Of a stretch of DNA of 64,000 nt, positions 9,696 through 19,058 are shown piece after piece. The notes under the pieces were generated by a model that saw only the letters and a list, made by a program, of their open reading frames with translations, was not told the origin of the DNA and did not search any database. Position 1 is the stretch's first letter. Each line of letters starts with the position of its first letter. Both the position numbers and the translations under genes were made by a program. The DNA comes from Desulfomonilia bacterium (GTDB lineage: Bacteria > Desulfobacterota > Desulfomonilia > UBA1062): NCBI GenBank assembly GCA_050014195.1, contig JBEKDT010000014.1, forward strand, positions 32,001 to 96,000, read 5' to 3'.

Positions 9696-10322
9696 CTATT
9701 CTGCTTCATGTTCTTTCCCCAATCGCTTAAGAATTAGGTCGCCCTGTTGATAGTAAACATCTGTTGGCTTTGGGATATCCTTTCTTGGCTTTTTTTCGTC
9801 TTTCAGAATTTCAAAACGCACATACCTACACAGCCTGAGTAATGCCAATGGGCCGCCATATTGGCGCCAATCAAAAGATGTACCATGCAAATCGGTAGTA
9901 TTAAGAGTAACAATGCCATGCACTTCAAAAGTACGATCACGGCAATCTGGGTCGATCGACCATTTCGGATCAAAAGGACTATGCGCAAAAGCGTTGCGGA
10001 TGAGGCGTGATATCTGGTAGGCAGCTTGGACACTGGAGTCATTTGAATTTTTAGGATCTTCCACTGCCGCCTTTATAGCGTCTTTCATTGCAACAGCCAT
10101 CAAGAAGGTGGCAGATCTATGCATATTCATGGCGGCGAAATCGGCTTGGTCTTTGCGTAAAGCAATTTCCTCATAGCTGACTTTGTGATTTCCATGGCTC
10201 CACTCAATTGGCAGATCAAGCGGTTGTTTTTCCATAGTCACAGCAAGACGGACAGCAGAAGCTAGCCTAAACTGTAGTTCAGCTGAGAAAAGACGACTGA
10301 TATGTTTTTTAATATCGTTCAT
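9696..10322 (-). CDS. Hypothetical protein with HEPN-type RxxxxH motif
   Basis: 208-aa ORF, AT-richer than its neighbours, containing LIRNAFAH. Confidence 0.6.
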   Translation of the reverse strand: MNDIKKHISRLFSAELQFRLASAVRLAVTMEKQPLDLPIEWSHGNHKVSYEEIALRKDQADFAAMNMHRSATFLMAVAMKDAIKAAVEDPKNSNDSSVQAAYQISRLIRNAFAHSPFDPKWSIDPDCRDRTFEVHGIVTLNTTDLHGTSFDWRQYGGPLALLRLCRYVRFEILKDEKKPRKDIPKPTDVYYQQGDLILKRLGKEHEAE

Positions 10323-10579
10323 TATTTACTCTTTGTGCTCTAACAATTGCTATCCCAATTTTTTCGGTATAGCAAAATACATACTGACTCACATTGATGA
10401 TCCATGTACTCCGCTCGTTTGTCATGAAAGGTAGTGATCTATGGACCTCCTCATATATGCTTAGGTGCTGTGAAATCACAGGTGCAGATCATTCAATGCT
10501 TGAATTATAGCCTAATGTTCCATGGAAGTCCATGAATATCATTAGGAAGTTAAGGGCTTTCTTCTTTCCGGGAATAACC

Positions 10580-10822
10580 GGATTCCCGCTTACGTAGGAA
10601 TGACAGATCTATACTTATTTACTCGCTGATTCAAGAATAGACCCATCCCCACCCTGGCCCTCCCCTTGAAGGGGAGGGAACTTTAATGTCTTGATATCCC
10701 TTGGAAGGAGAGGGAACTCTGGAACACTGTGCCTCCTCTCAAGGGAGGGGACAAAGGTCCAGGGAGCATGGTGAGGTAAACCTAAAGGTCGCCATGTCGC
10801 TTTCGGCCCCTCGCAATGACGG
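10580..10822. repeat. Cluster of REP-like palindromes
   Basis: GGATTCCCGCTTACGTAGGAATGAC at 10580-10604. CCCTCCCC-TTGAA-GGGGAGGG at 10658-10678 with degenerate copies near 10698 and 10732. GTCGC...CCTCGCAATGAC near 10788-10820. Confidence 0.65.
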
Positions 10823-10887
10823 GTAAAGGTCATCATTTTAAGATGTACAACAACGTATTGCCGGTCATTTTTACCATGTATTTTGGT

Positions 10888-10905
10888 CCAAGATTATAAT
10901 CTTGG
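10888..10905. promoter_or_regulatory. Perfect 18-bp palindrome, candidate operator of the hydrolase-SDR-ALDH/ADH operon
   Basis: CCAAGATTATAATCTTGG contains TATAAT and lies about 140 bp upstream of ATG 11045. Confidence 0.5.
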
Positions 10906-11044
10906 GCGACATGCAGGCCCCATATCCTTATTTTTAACCTACAGTGGGGCATTTTGTTTCCACTACGAATATATTCGGCATCAAGGTGGACACCTCTTGT
11001 TTCGCGCCAGGCACATTCATAGTACAATGAGGCAAGGAGTGAAT

Positions 11045-11923
11045 ATGAAAAGGAGCGATGTGGAATTTTACAGCATGGGGCTTAAGTGCTCGGCTTGGCT
11101 CTACCTGCCGGATGGAATTGAGAAGCCCCCCGTGGTTGTCATGGCACATGGGTTTGCAGGCCAGAAGGACTTCATGCTCCAGCCCTATGCCGAGTATTTC
11201 GCCGGCAAAGGCATGGCCTGCTTCGTGTTCGACTACCGCAACTTCGGCACGTCAGAGGGAGAACCGAGGAACCTGGTGAATCCCTGGAGGCACCTGAATG
11301 ACTGGAAGGCGGCGATCACCCATGTACGGTATCTTGACAGCGTCGATGGGAAGAGGATCGCCCTGTGGGGCACCTCCTTTTCAGGCGGGCATGTGATGGT
11401 GACGGCTGCAAGGCAAAATGGCATCAAGGCTGTGGTGGCCCAGGTGCCGTTTGTGGATGGCATTGCAACCACCATGCAGTTTTCTGTTCCCTATCAGATC
11501 GAGGGCCTCTATCACGGCCTCAAGGACCTTTTCAGCATGGTCAAGGGGGGTGCCCCGCACATGGTACCTGCAGTTGCGGAGCCCGGGACCTTTGCCTGCA
11601 TGAACACCCCTGATGCCATGCAGGGCTATTACACCCTCGTGCCCCCGGATTCTGATATGAAGAACGAGGTGCCGGCCAGGATCTTGCTCATGATATCGGC
11701 CTATAGGCCCATCATGTACGCGCGCAGGATCAAGAGCCCTGTGCTTCTCATGTATGCGAAGAACGACTCGCTCATCCCTGCCAGGGCCGTTGAGAAGATG
11801 GGCTCAAGGATACCGAATGCCGAGGTCATCGGCCTGGAGGCAAGCCACTTCGAGGTCTACACGGGTGAGCTTTTCAAACAGGTGGTGCAGAGGCAGGCGG
11901 AGTTTCTGGCAAGACATCTATAA
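11045..11923 (+). CDS. Alpha/beta hydrolase (S15/CocE-like esterase)
   Basis: MAHGF, FDYRNFGTSEG, WGTSFSGG nucleophile elbow, NDSLI and SHF. RBS AAGGAG before ATG 11045. Confidence 0.9.
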   Translation: MKRSDVEFYSMGLKCSAWLYLPDGIEKPPVVVMAHGFAGQKDFMLQPYAEYFAGKGMACFVFDYRNFGTSEGEPRNLVNPWRHLNDWKAAITHVRYLDSVDGKRIALWGTSFSGGHVMVTAARQNGIKAVVAQVPFVDGIATTMQFSVPYQIEGLYHGLKDLFSMVKGGAPHMVPAVAEPGTFACMNTPDAMQGYYTLVPPDSDMKNEVPARILLMISAYRPIMYARRIKSPVLLMYAKNDSLIPARAVEKMGSRIPNAEVIGLEASHFEVYTGELFKQVVQRQAEFLARHL

Positions 11924-12013
11924 TCAAGCAGGTGCCCGCTGTAGGAGCGCCTTCAGGTGCGAAATGGGAATCGCGGCTGAAGCCGCTCTTACAATATATT
12001 GATAGGAGGGATT

Positions 12014-12841
12014 ATGCCGGGAATCAAGGATTTCAGGGGAAAGGTAACTCTCATCACGGGCGCGGGGTCGGGCATCGGCAGGGCGACTGCACTGGCCTTT
12101 GCAGCCCAAGGGGCTGACCTGGTCATCGTGGACAAAGAGGAAGACCGCATTGCGGAAGCGGCCGGGGAGATCGAGGCCAGGGGGGCGCGTGTCCTGGCGC
12201 GGAAGGTGGACGTGTCCGATTGCACCCAGGTGGATGATCTTGCCAGGTTTGTGATAGCCGAGCGGGGCAGGGTGGATATACTCTACAACAATGCCGGCAT
12301 AGGTGTCGGGGGGAGCTTTGAATGCACAAGCCTTCAGGAGTGGGAGAGGATCTTTTCCATCAACTTCTGGGGTGTGCTTTACGGCATAAGGGCGTTTCTG
12401 CCCCATATGATCGAGCGCAGGTACGGCCACATCGTCAACACATCGAGCCTTGCAGGGCTGTGCGCCATCCCGGGGATGTCGGCCTACTGCTCCACCAAGT
12501 TCGCCGTGGCCGGTCTGGGCGAGGCACTCAGGGCAGAGGTGAGGAGGTACGGCATAGGGGTGAGCACCATATGCCCTGGTGTCATTAACACCCGTGTCGT
12601 GGCAGACGGGTGCATGAACCTCAGGGAGGAGTCCCGGGCCAACAGACAGGCTGTAGTGGAATTCTACAAGAAGTTCGGCTGGCCGCCGGAGCGCGTTGCC
12701 AGGGCCGTTCTGAGCGCAGTGCGTCATAACCGTTCCGTAGTGCCGGTGGGCCCCGAGTCATGGATCCAGTGGATCGGCAAGCGCCTCTCGCAAAAAGGTT
12801 ATGAAGCAGCGAGCGAGCTTGCAGGAAGATTTCTGATGTAA
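12014..12841 (+). CDS. Short-chain dehydrogenase/reductase
   Basis: TGAGSGIG, NNAG and YCSTK motifs. RBS GGAGG. Confidence 0.93.
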   Translation: MPGIKDFRGKVTLITGAGSGIGRATALAFAAQGADLVIVDKEEDRIAEAAGEIEARGARVLARKVDVSDCTQVDDLARFVIAERGRVDILYNNAGIGVGGSFECTSLQEWERIFSINFWGVLYGIRAFLPHMIERRYGHIVNTSSLAGLCAIPGMSAYCSTKFAVAGLGEALRAEVRRYGIGVSTICPGVINTRVVADGCMNLREESRANRQAVVEFYKKFGWPPERVARAVLSAVRHNRSVVPVGPESWIQWIGKRLSQKGYEAASELAGRFLM

Positions 12842-12888
12842 TCAAGTTCTCCGGTTAGGACAGACGTGACCATGCATAAGGGGGTATA

Positions 12889-15549
12889 ATGGAACATTTT
12901 AAAATGTATATCGGTGGGGACTTTGTTGAATCCGTGGGCGGGCGGACAAGAGAGGCTATAGACCCGGGTATCGGCCTGCCCTTTGCCACGTTCGCCTACG
13001 GCAATGCTGCGGATGCCCAGGCTGCAATCGACGTTGCGCGAAAGACCTTCGATTCGGGTGTGTGGAGCAATCTGGCCCAGGAAGAGCGCTCCCGGATCAT
13101 CATGGATTTTTCCGACCGGCTTACCAAATACATTGTCCGGATTGCATCATACGAGTCCATGGACTCAGGGGGGCTCATAAACAGGACCGGTGCGGAGGTG
13201 ATCGGCAATGCAATGACGGCGCGGAATCTCGCATGGTATGCCGCCCATGAATTCAAGTGGCATGAAGAAGTCCGCGTGCCGTGTTCCCTGGCAAGTCCCG
13301 GAAGAAATTACATCCGCAGGGAACCCGTCGGGGTGTGTGCAGGCATCATCCCGTGGAACTTCCCGTTCAATATGGCCATGTGGAAAATCCTTCATGCGAT
13401 AATCATGGGCAACACGATTGTATTAAAACCGGCAACCGACACGACGCTTTCCGCACTCATCCTTGCAGAAGTGATTGCGGAGAGCAGGATCCCCAAGGGT
13501 GTTGTGAATATCATAACAGGCCCGGGAAGCGAGGTCGGCCAGGCACTGTGCCTGAGCCCGAAGGTGGACAAGATCGCATTTACCGGGAGCACCGAGGTGG
13601 GCCGGCAGATCATGAAGATGGGGGCGGACACCATCAAGAAGGTGACCCTGGAGCTGGGCGGAAAATCCGCAAACATCATCTGCGAAGATGCCAAGATGGA
13701 CCTTGCCGTTGACGGCGGTCTGTTCGGTGCTTTCTTCCACACGGGCCAGATCTGCGAATCAGGCACAAGGCTCCTTGTTCATAGAAAAATATATGATGAG
13801 TACCTCGATCGTTTCTTGAAGAGGCTCTCACAGGTCAGGATCGGGTATCAGCTCGACCCTGCAACCCAGATGGGGCCCCTGGTAAATGAGATACAGCGGG
13901 CCACCACTGAGAAGTATGTCAAGATCGGGCTCGATGAAGGTGCCCAGATTGTATACGGCGGGAAAAGGCCGGAAGGCGATCAGTATGCATCGGGTTTCTA
14001 CTATATGCCGACCGTCTTTGTCGGTGTGGATAACAAGATGCGCATCGCACAGGAAGAGATCTTCGGACCTGTGGTGTGCATCATGCCGTTTGCCGATGAC
14101 GATGAGGCCGTGGCAAAAGCGAATGACTCCATTTACGGGCTCGGCGGAGGGGTATTCTCAAACGATATCGGCCGTGCAGAAAGGATAGCAGCACAGGTAA
14201 AGACCGGGACCATGTGGATCAATGACTACCATGCCTTTGCCGACATCATGCCCTTCGGCGGGTATAAGCAGTCCGGCATAGGCAGGGAATTCGGGGAATA
14301 CGGTCTTGGTGAATATACGCAGATAAAGAGGGTCCATATCTGTCCGTTATCCGACGGCATACAGAAATATACCTTCCCCATCATGTTCGATTATCAGCAG
14401 CCGGCACAGTCGTTTATGTTCGAAGGACCGACAAAGGTTGTGGGAGGCCCTGACAGTATCATTGCGCTGCAGTACGAGATATCCCGGCTTAATTGCCGGA
14501 GCGCCGTCATCATAACGGATAAGGGCATACGCGAAGCAGGTCTCTTGGACAAAGTTGAGAAGGCCATCGGCAACCTGTGTGTCGGAGTATTCGACGAGGT
14601 CGTGGAAGATTCGGGATACACGGTTGTGGACAAGGCCGTGGAGTTCTGCAGGAGAGTGAATGCCGACATCCTGGTGAGTCTTGGCGGCGGAAGCTCCATC
14701 GATACGGCAAAGGGTGTGGCCGTGACACTGACGAACGGCGGCAAGGCCATCGATAACGTCACGATCTATAAGCTTGTAGACCCTTTGATGCCGCACATTG
14801 CAATCCCCACCACCGCAGGCACCGGGAGCGAGGTGACCAATATCGCGGTCATAAAAAACGAGGAGATCGGCAGGAAATTCAATATCGCAGAGAACGTCAT
14901 CTATCCGAACGTAGCCATACTCGATCCACATCTGACCGTTAGCCTTCCGAAGATACTCACCGCAGCCACGGGCATGGACGCCCTCTCCCATGCCATAGAT
15001 GGGATGTGCTCCATCATGAGAAACACCATCTGCACAGGCCATGGTCTGAATGCCATCCGGCTGATCGCGAAGTACCTTCCCATCGTTGTGGAAAACGGCC
15101 ACGATGTTCACGCAAGGATGCAGATGCTGCTTGCAGCATCAACAGCCGGCTGGGCATTTTCCATCCCCTCGACCATACTCACGCATTCGCTTGCCCATGC
15201 CATCGGCGCTAAGTACAAGATCCACCATGGCACCCTGTGCGGCCTCTTCCTGCCGCATGTCATGCGGTTCAACCGGGACCACTGCACGGATGAGCTTGCT
15301 GAAATCGCTGAAGCCATGGGTGTCAAGGTTGAGGGAATGTCAAAACAGGATGCTGCATCTGCAGCCGCCGATGCCGTGGCTGACCTTGTCAAAAAGATAG
15401 GGCTGCCCACACGTTTGAGTGAGCTGGGCATAGCCGAGGCCGATATCGTCTTGATAGCATTGGACGCCATGACAGAGATACCCACACTCGCAAACCCGCG
15501 CAAGTGCACGGTTGAGCTTATAGACGGGGTTATCCGACAGGCATTCTAA
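12889..15549 (+). CDS. Aldehyde dehydrogenase (non-acylating type) fused to iron-containing alcohol dehydrogenase
   Basis: N-terminal half: PWNFP, FTGSTEVG, LELGGK, GQICESG, EEIFGP, PFGGYKQSG. C-terminal half: GGGSSIDTAK, IPTTAGTGSE, DALSHA, HSLAH, HHG. Confidence 0.9.
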   Translation: MEHFKMYIGGDFVESVGGRTREAIDPGIGLPFATFAYGNAADAQAAIDVARKTFDSGVWSNLAQEERSRIIMDFSDRLTKYIVRIASYESMDSGGLINRTGAEVIGNAMTARNLAWYAAHEFKWHEEVRVPCSLASPGRNYIRREPVGVCAGIIPWNFPFNMAMWKILHAIIMGNTIVLKPATDTTLSALILAEVIAESRIPKGVVNIITGPGSEVGQALCLSPKVDKIAFTGSTEVGRQIMKMGADTIKKVTLELGGKSANIICEDAKMDLAVDGGLFGAFFHTGQICESGTRLLVHRKIYDEYLDRFLKRLSQVRIGYQLDPATQMGPLVNEIQRATTEKYVKIGLDEGAQIVYGGKRPEGDQYASGFYYMPTVFVGVDNKMRIAQEEIFGPVVCIMPFADDDEAVAKANDSIYGLGGGVFSNDIGRAERIAAQVKTGTMWINDYHAFADIMPFGGYKQSGIGREFGEYGLGEYTQIKRVHICPLSDGIQKYTFPIMFDYQQPAQSFMFEGPTKVVGGPDSIIALQYEISRLNCRSAVIITDKGIREAGLLDKVEKAIGNLCVGVFDEVVEDSGYTVVDKAVEFCRRVNADILVSLGGGSSIDTAKGVAVTLTNGGKAIDNVTIYKLVDPLMPHIAIPTTAGTGSEVTNIAVIKNEEIGRKFNIAENVIYPNVAILDPHLTVSLPKILTAATGMDALSHAIDGMCSIMRNTICTGHGLNAIRLIAKYLPIVVENGHDVHARMQMLLAASTAGWAFSIPSTILTHSLAHAIGAKYKIHHGTLCGLFLPHVMRFNRDHCTDELAEIAEAMGVKVEGMSKQDAASAAADAVADLVKKIGLPTRLSELGIAEADIVLIALDAMTEIPTLANPRKCTVELIDGVIRQAF

Positions 15550-15679
15550 GGGCAGAGGATTGTGCGGGCCCGGACCTTTCAATCAAATGAGTCCCCTTAA
15601 GCTTGCTGTGCGGGGTCTCATGAGGGCCGGGACTCTCTGCATGACCGGCCACAGGGCCCGGTCTTTCCCGGCACGGTGG

Positions 15680-17317
15680 TTACCGGTCACATCGAGGTGG
15701 ACTGCAGGGCCCTGCCTCCACGGGTTTCGACCACAACATGTTCATAACGCGGCCGAGCATGGTTTTCATGTCGGCAGGCACAAAGCACAGGCCATACAGG
15801 GATCGGAAGCGTGATATCTTTGCCCCGTTGTAGGGGTGCCATACCCAGAACCTGTCCCAGAGGATCCTGGGAATGGGCATGGTGTTGTAGTTCACATGAC
15901 AGGCAAGGCAAAGGTCTTTGAGTCCCTCGTCGGAATGTACCCTGCCCAGGCCGCTTGCCTTGAATCCTTGCCACGGCGTCTCGGGGAATCCGTGGGTGAT
16001 GATGGTCTCGTTCACCATGACCGTACCTGCCTCGAGCTGTTCCGCGATGCGCCTCCCCTTGCGTGTGTTTCTCGTGAACACATAGGCACAAAGGCCATAG
16101 ATGCTTTCGTTTGCAGCCCTGATAGCCTCCTCATCGCTGTGGACCCTCATAACAGGGAGCAGGGGGCCGAAGGTCTCCTCGGCGATTACCTCCATGTCCG
16201 GGGTCACATCCAACAACACGGTGGGCTCGAAGAACCGGCCTTCGATAGGCAGACACCGGCCGCCGGTCAGGATCTTCGCCCCCTTGGAGACGGCGTCTTG
16301 AATCTGCCTTTGAACGATGAGAACCTGCTCTTCACTTGTCATGGCCCCGAGGTCCGTGGAGCAATTCTCCAGCGGGTGGCCCTGTCTGAGCCTTTTTGTC
16401 AGGCGAACCACCTCTTTCACAAAAGCATCGTAGATGTCCGTGTGAGCATAAACCCGCTCCACCGATGCGCAAATCTGCCCCGAATTGCCGAAGGCGCCCA
16501 TAACCACCGACCTGGCGGCAAGGGCGATATCGGCGTCCGTACAGATGATCGCCGGGTCCTTGCCTCCGAGTTCCATGGAGCAGGGTATGAGGTGTTGCCC
16601 GCACACCGAGGCAACCACCCTGCCGATCTCGGTGGAGCCGGTGAAGTTGACGAAGCCGATGAGGCCGGAGCCCTTTTCGATGACCTCCTGAGCCATCCTT
16701 CCCGGGCCGGAGACGACCTGAAAGAGTTTGGGATCGAGGCCTGCCTCATCGAAGAGCGCGCGCATCTTGTAGGCGATGAGCGGGGTGAGCGATGCGGGTT
16801 TGAGAAGTACCCCGTTGCCTGCCAGGAGGTTCATGACAACGGCCCCGGCAGGTATGGTGAACGGGAAGTTCCACGGTGAGATGATGAAGGTAACGCCCCG
16901 GGGACGATAATGGATGTAGCTCGTACGATTCTTGAAGATCCACAGGGGAAGAGGTTCGGTTTTGAGGATCTTCTTCGCCCGACGGGCAAAGTAAGCGGCC
17001 AGGTGGATGACGGTGAACACCTCATGGGTATAAGATTCGTAGAGGGGCTTCCCGTTCTCGGCGCTCAGAAGGCGCGCCACCTCATCGGAGCGGTCAAGAA
17101 GTATCCTGGCGAAGTCCTTTATAACACGGCAACGTTCCTCAATGGGTACAAGGGCCCACTTTTTCTGAGCGGCATGAACCTCGTGGAGGGCCTTCAGGGC
17201 ATCTTCTACACTGCATACGGGTACTTCTCCGATCTTCTTTCCATCTGCCGGGCCGAATACGGCGGTAACCTTCCGGGAGGTCGAGGGGCTTCCTTTGTCC
17301 ATGGTATAATCAAGCAT
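15680..17317 (-). CDS. Aldehyde dehydrogenase family protein
   Basis: PWNFP, FTGS, MELGGKD, GQICASVER and EETFGP motifs, with a hydrophobic/aromatic C-terminal extension. Confidence 0.92.
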   Translation of the reverse strand: MLDYTMDKGSPSTSRKVTAVFGPADGKKIGEVPVCSVEDALKALHEVHAAQKKWALVPIEERCRVIKDFARILLDRSDEVARLLSAENGKPLYESYTHEVFTVIHLAAYFARRAKKILKTEPLPLWIFKNRTSYIHYRPRGVTFIISPWNFPFTIPAGAVVMNLLAGNGVLLKPASLTPLIAYKMRALFDEAGLDPKLFQVVSGPGRMAQEVIEKGSGLIGFVNFTGSTEIGRVVASVCGQHLIPCSMELGGKDPAIICTDADIALAARSVVMGAFGNSGQICASVERVYAHTDIYDAFVKEVVRLTKRLRQGHPLENCSTDLGAMTSEEQVLIVQRQIQDAVSKGAKILTGGRCLPIEGRFFEPTVLLDVTPDMEVIAEETFGPLLPVMRVHSDEEAIRAANESIYGLCAYVFTRNTRKGRRIAEQLEAGTVMVNETIITHGFPETPWQGFKASGLGRVHSDEGLKDLCLACHVNYNTMPIPRILWDRFWVWHPYNGAKISRFRSLYGLCFVPADMKTMLGRVMNMLWSKPVEAGPCSPPRCDR

Positions 17318-17374
17318 GATCTTTTTCCTTTCCTTTCTCGTTAACCCAGCTTGCTATCTTTGAGACAGAATCCC

Positions 17375-18874
17375 TCAGTCATTGAACAGGTAGTCGTACC
17401 AGAACTTCTTTGAGCGGTCGATGTTCAGGTCCACGTGTATGTGCTTGATCTGGGTGAATTCCAGCAGGCCCTGGGGCCCCAGCTCCCTGCCGACGCCCGA
17501 CTGCTTATAGCCGCCGAATGGTGCCAGGGGGTTGAGCAGGTGGTAGTCGTTTATCCACACCGTGCCGGTGCGGATCTGCTTGGCCACCTCGATGGCCCAG
17601 GGGATGTCACGTGAGAAGACCGCACCCCCGAGCCCGTAGATGGAATCGTTGGCCATGGTTATGGCCTCCTCGGTGCTGCGGTATTTGATCACGGACAGGA
17701 CCGGTCCGAAGATCTCTTCGCGGGCAATGGCCATATCATTGCGCACTCCTTCGAATATGGTGGGCTCAACGTAGTATCCCTTGGAGAGGTGTCCGGGCTG
17801 TTTCTCGCCAATGGAGCATTTTGCACCCTCTTTCTTGCCTGTCTCAATATAGCGCAGAACCGTTTTGTGCTGAGCCTTGGAGATGACCGGGCCCATGGTG
17901 GTCTCGGGGTCCATGGGGTCGCCGACCTTGATGTGAGTGACCCGCTCCTTTACCCGCTCCATGAACTCGTCATAGATCGACTCCTGGACAAAGCACCGGG
18001 TGCCTGACTCGCAGACCTGGCCCACATGGAAGAAGGTTCCGAACAGGGCTCCGTCAACAGCGAGATTGAGGTCCGCATCCTCCAGGATGATAGTGGGGCT
18101 CTTGCCGCCCAGCTCCAGGGTCACCTTCTTGATGGTGTCTGCGGCCAGCTTCATCACCTGACGGCCTGTCTCCGTGGAGCCGGTAAGGGCGACCTTGTCC
18201 ACTTTTGGGTTGGTGCAGAGCTCCTCACCAATGACCGAGCCGGGGCCGGTAACAAGGTTGAAAACACCCGGGGGAATATCACACTCAGCGATAATTTTTG
18301 CCAGCTCAAGGGCGGACAGAGGCGTGTCGGAAGCCGGTTTCAGCACAAGGCTGTTGCCCATGATAAGTGACGGTGCGGTTTTCCAGACTGCCATAAGGAG
18401 TGGAAAGTTCCAGGGGATGATGCCGGCACAGACGCCGATGGGCTCCCTGTGGACAAAGTTCCAGGAGGTGTACGGAAGGTCAATCCACGGCAGCGGTTCG
18501 TAGCATGATATTCGCTCTCCAAGCTCCACAAGGGTGCGGAAATGCTCGATGCTGAAGGGCAGGTCCATGAGTGATGCCTTCCGGAATGTAGCGCCCGAGT
18601 CCATGGACTCAATGGTGGCGATCTCGGTGGTGCGCTCGGCCAGCTTCTCCGCCACCTTCATGAGAATCTGGGCGCGCTCTTTTACCTTCATCCTGCTCCA
18701 GACCCCGGAATCGAACGATCTGCGGGCCGCATCAATGGCCTTTTTCGCATCGTTCCTGGTACCCACCGGGACAAGGGCGATTGCGTCCTCGGTGGCCGGG
18801 TTATAGGTAGGCCTGGTCTCACCCGTCTCTGCATCAACAAACTTGCCGTCAATGAACATCCGGTATTTCTCCAT
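17375..18874 (-). CDS. Aldehyde dehydrogenase family protein
   Basis: PWNFP, LELGGKS, GQVCESGTR, EEIFGP and PFGGYKQSG motifs. Confidence 0.95.
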   Translation of the reverse strand: MEKYRMFIDGKFVDAETGETRPTYNPATEDAIALVPVGTRNDAKKAIDAARRSFDSGVWSRMKVKERAQILMKVAEKLAERTTEIATIESMDSGATFRKASLMDLPFSIEHFRTLVELGERISCYEPLPWIDLPYTSWNFVHREPIGVCAGIIPWNFPLLMAVWKTAPSLIMGNSLVLKPASDTPLSALELAKIIAECDIPPGVFNLVTGPGSVIGEELCTNPKVDKVALTGSTETGRQVMKLAADTIKKVTLELGGKSPTIILEDADLNLAVDGALFGTFFHVGQVCESGTRCFVQESIYDEFMERVKERVTHIKVGDPMDPETTMGPVISKAQHKTVLRYIETGKKEGAKCSIGEKQPGHLSKGYYVEPTIFEGVRNDMAIAREEIFGPVLSVIKYRSTEEAITMANDSIYGLGGAVFSRDIPWAIEVAKQIRTGTVWINDYHLLNPLAPFGGYKQSGVGRELGPQGLLEFTQIKHIHVDLNIDRSKKFWYDYLFND

Positions 18875-19058
18875 ACAACCCCCCTCATCATACGGATTAG
18901 GCAGATCGAGGAAATTAACACGTTTAATATGTATTAAAAAGCATATTAATACGAAAACCGATCCTTATCAATAGAGAGTGAATCGAAAATGGTGTCAGGA
19001 CAGATGGTATGGTTTTGTAGCAGATTATATTACAGCAAACTCTAAAAGAGAGAGTCAG

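Noticed and set aside
10640-10755. CRISPR-like array of three spaced hairpins, and ORF 10615-10836
   Set aside because: The repeats are degenerate, spacers are too short, and there are no cas genes. The ORF is just translation through the repeats.
11924-12727. 267-aa minus-strand ORF
   Set aside because: Antisense shadow of the SDR gene, which has complete motifs. Long antisense frames are common opposite SDRs.
12889-15549. Calling the fusion adhE
   Set aside because: The ALDH half carries non-acylating signatures (ELGGK, EEIFGP, PFGG), unlike AdhE.
15836-16879. 347-aa plus-strand ORF, and similar long overlapping ORFs (14347-15111, 22484-23212, 58558-59289, 63047-63757)
   Set aside because: Antisense shadows of well-supported genes in GC-rich coding DNA, with no motifs of their own.
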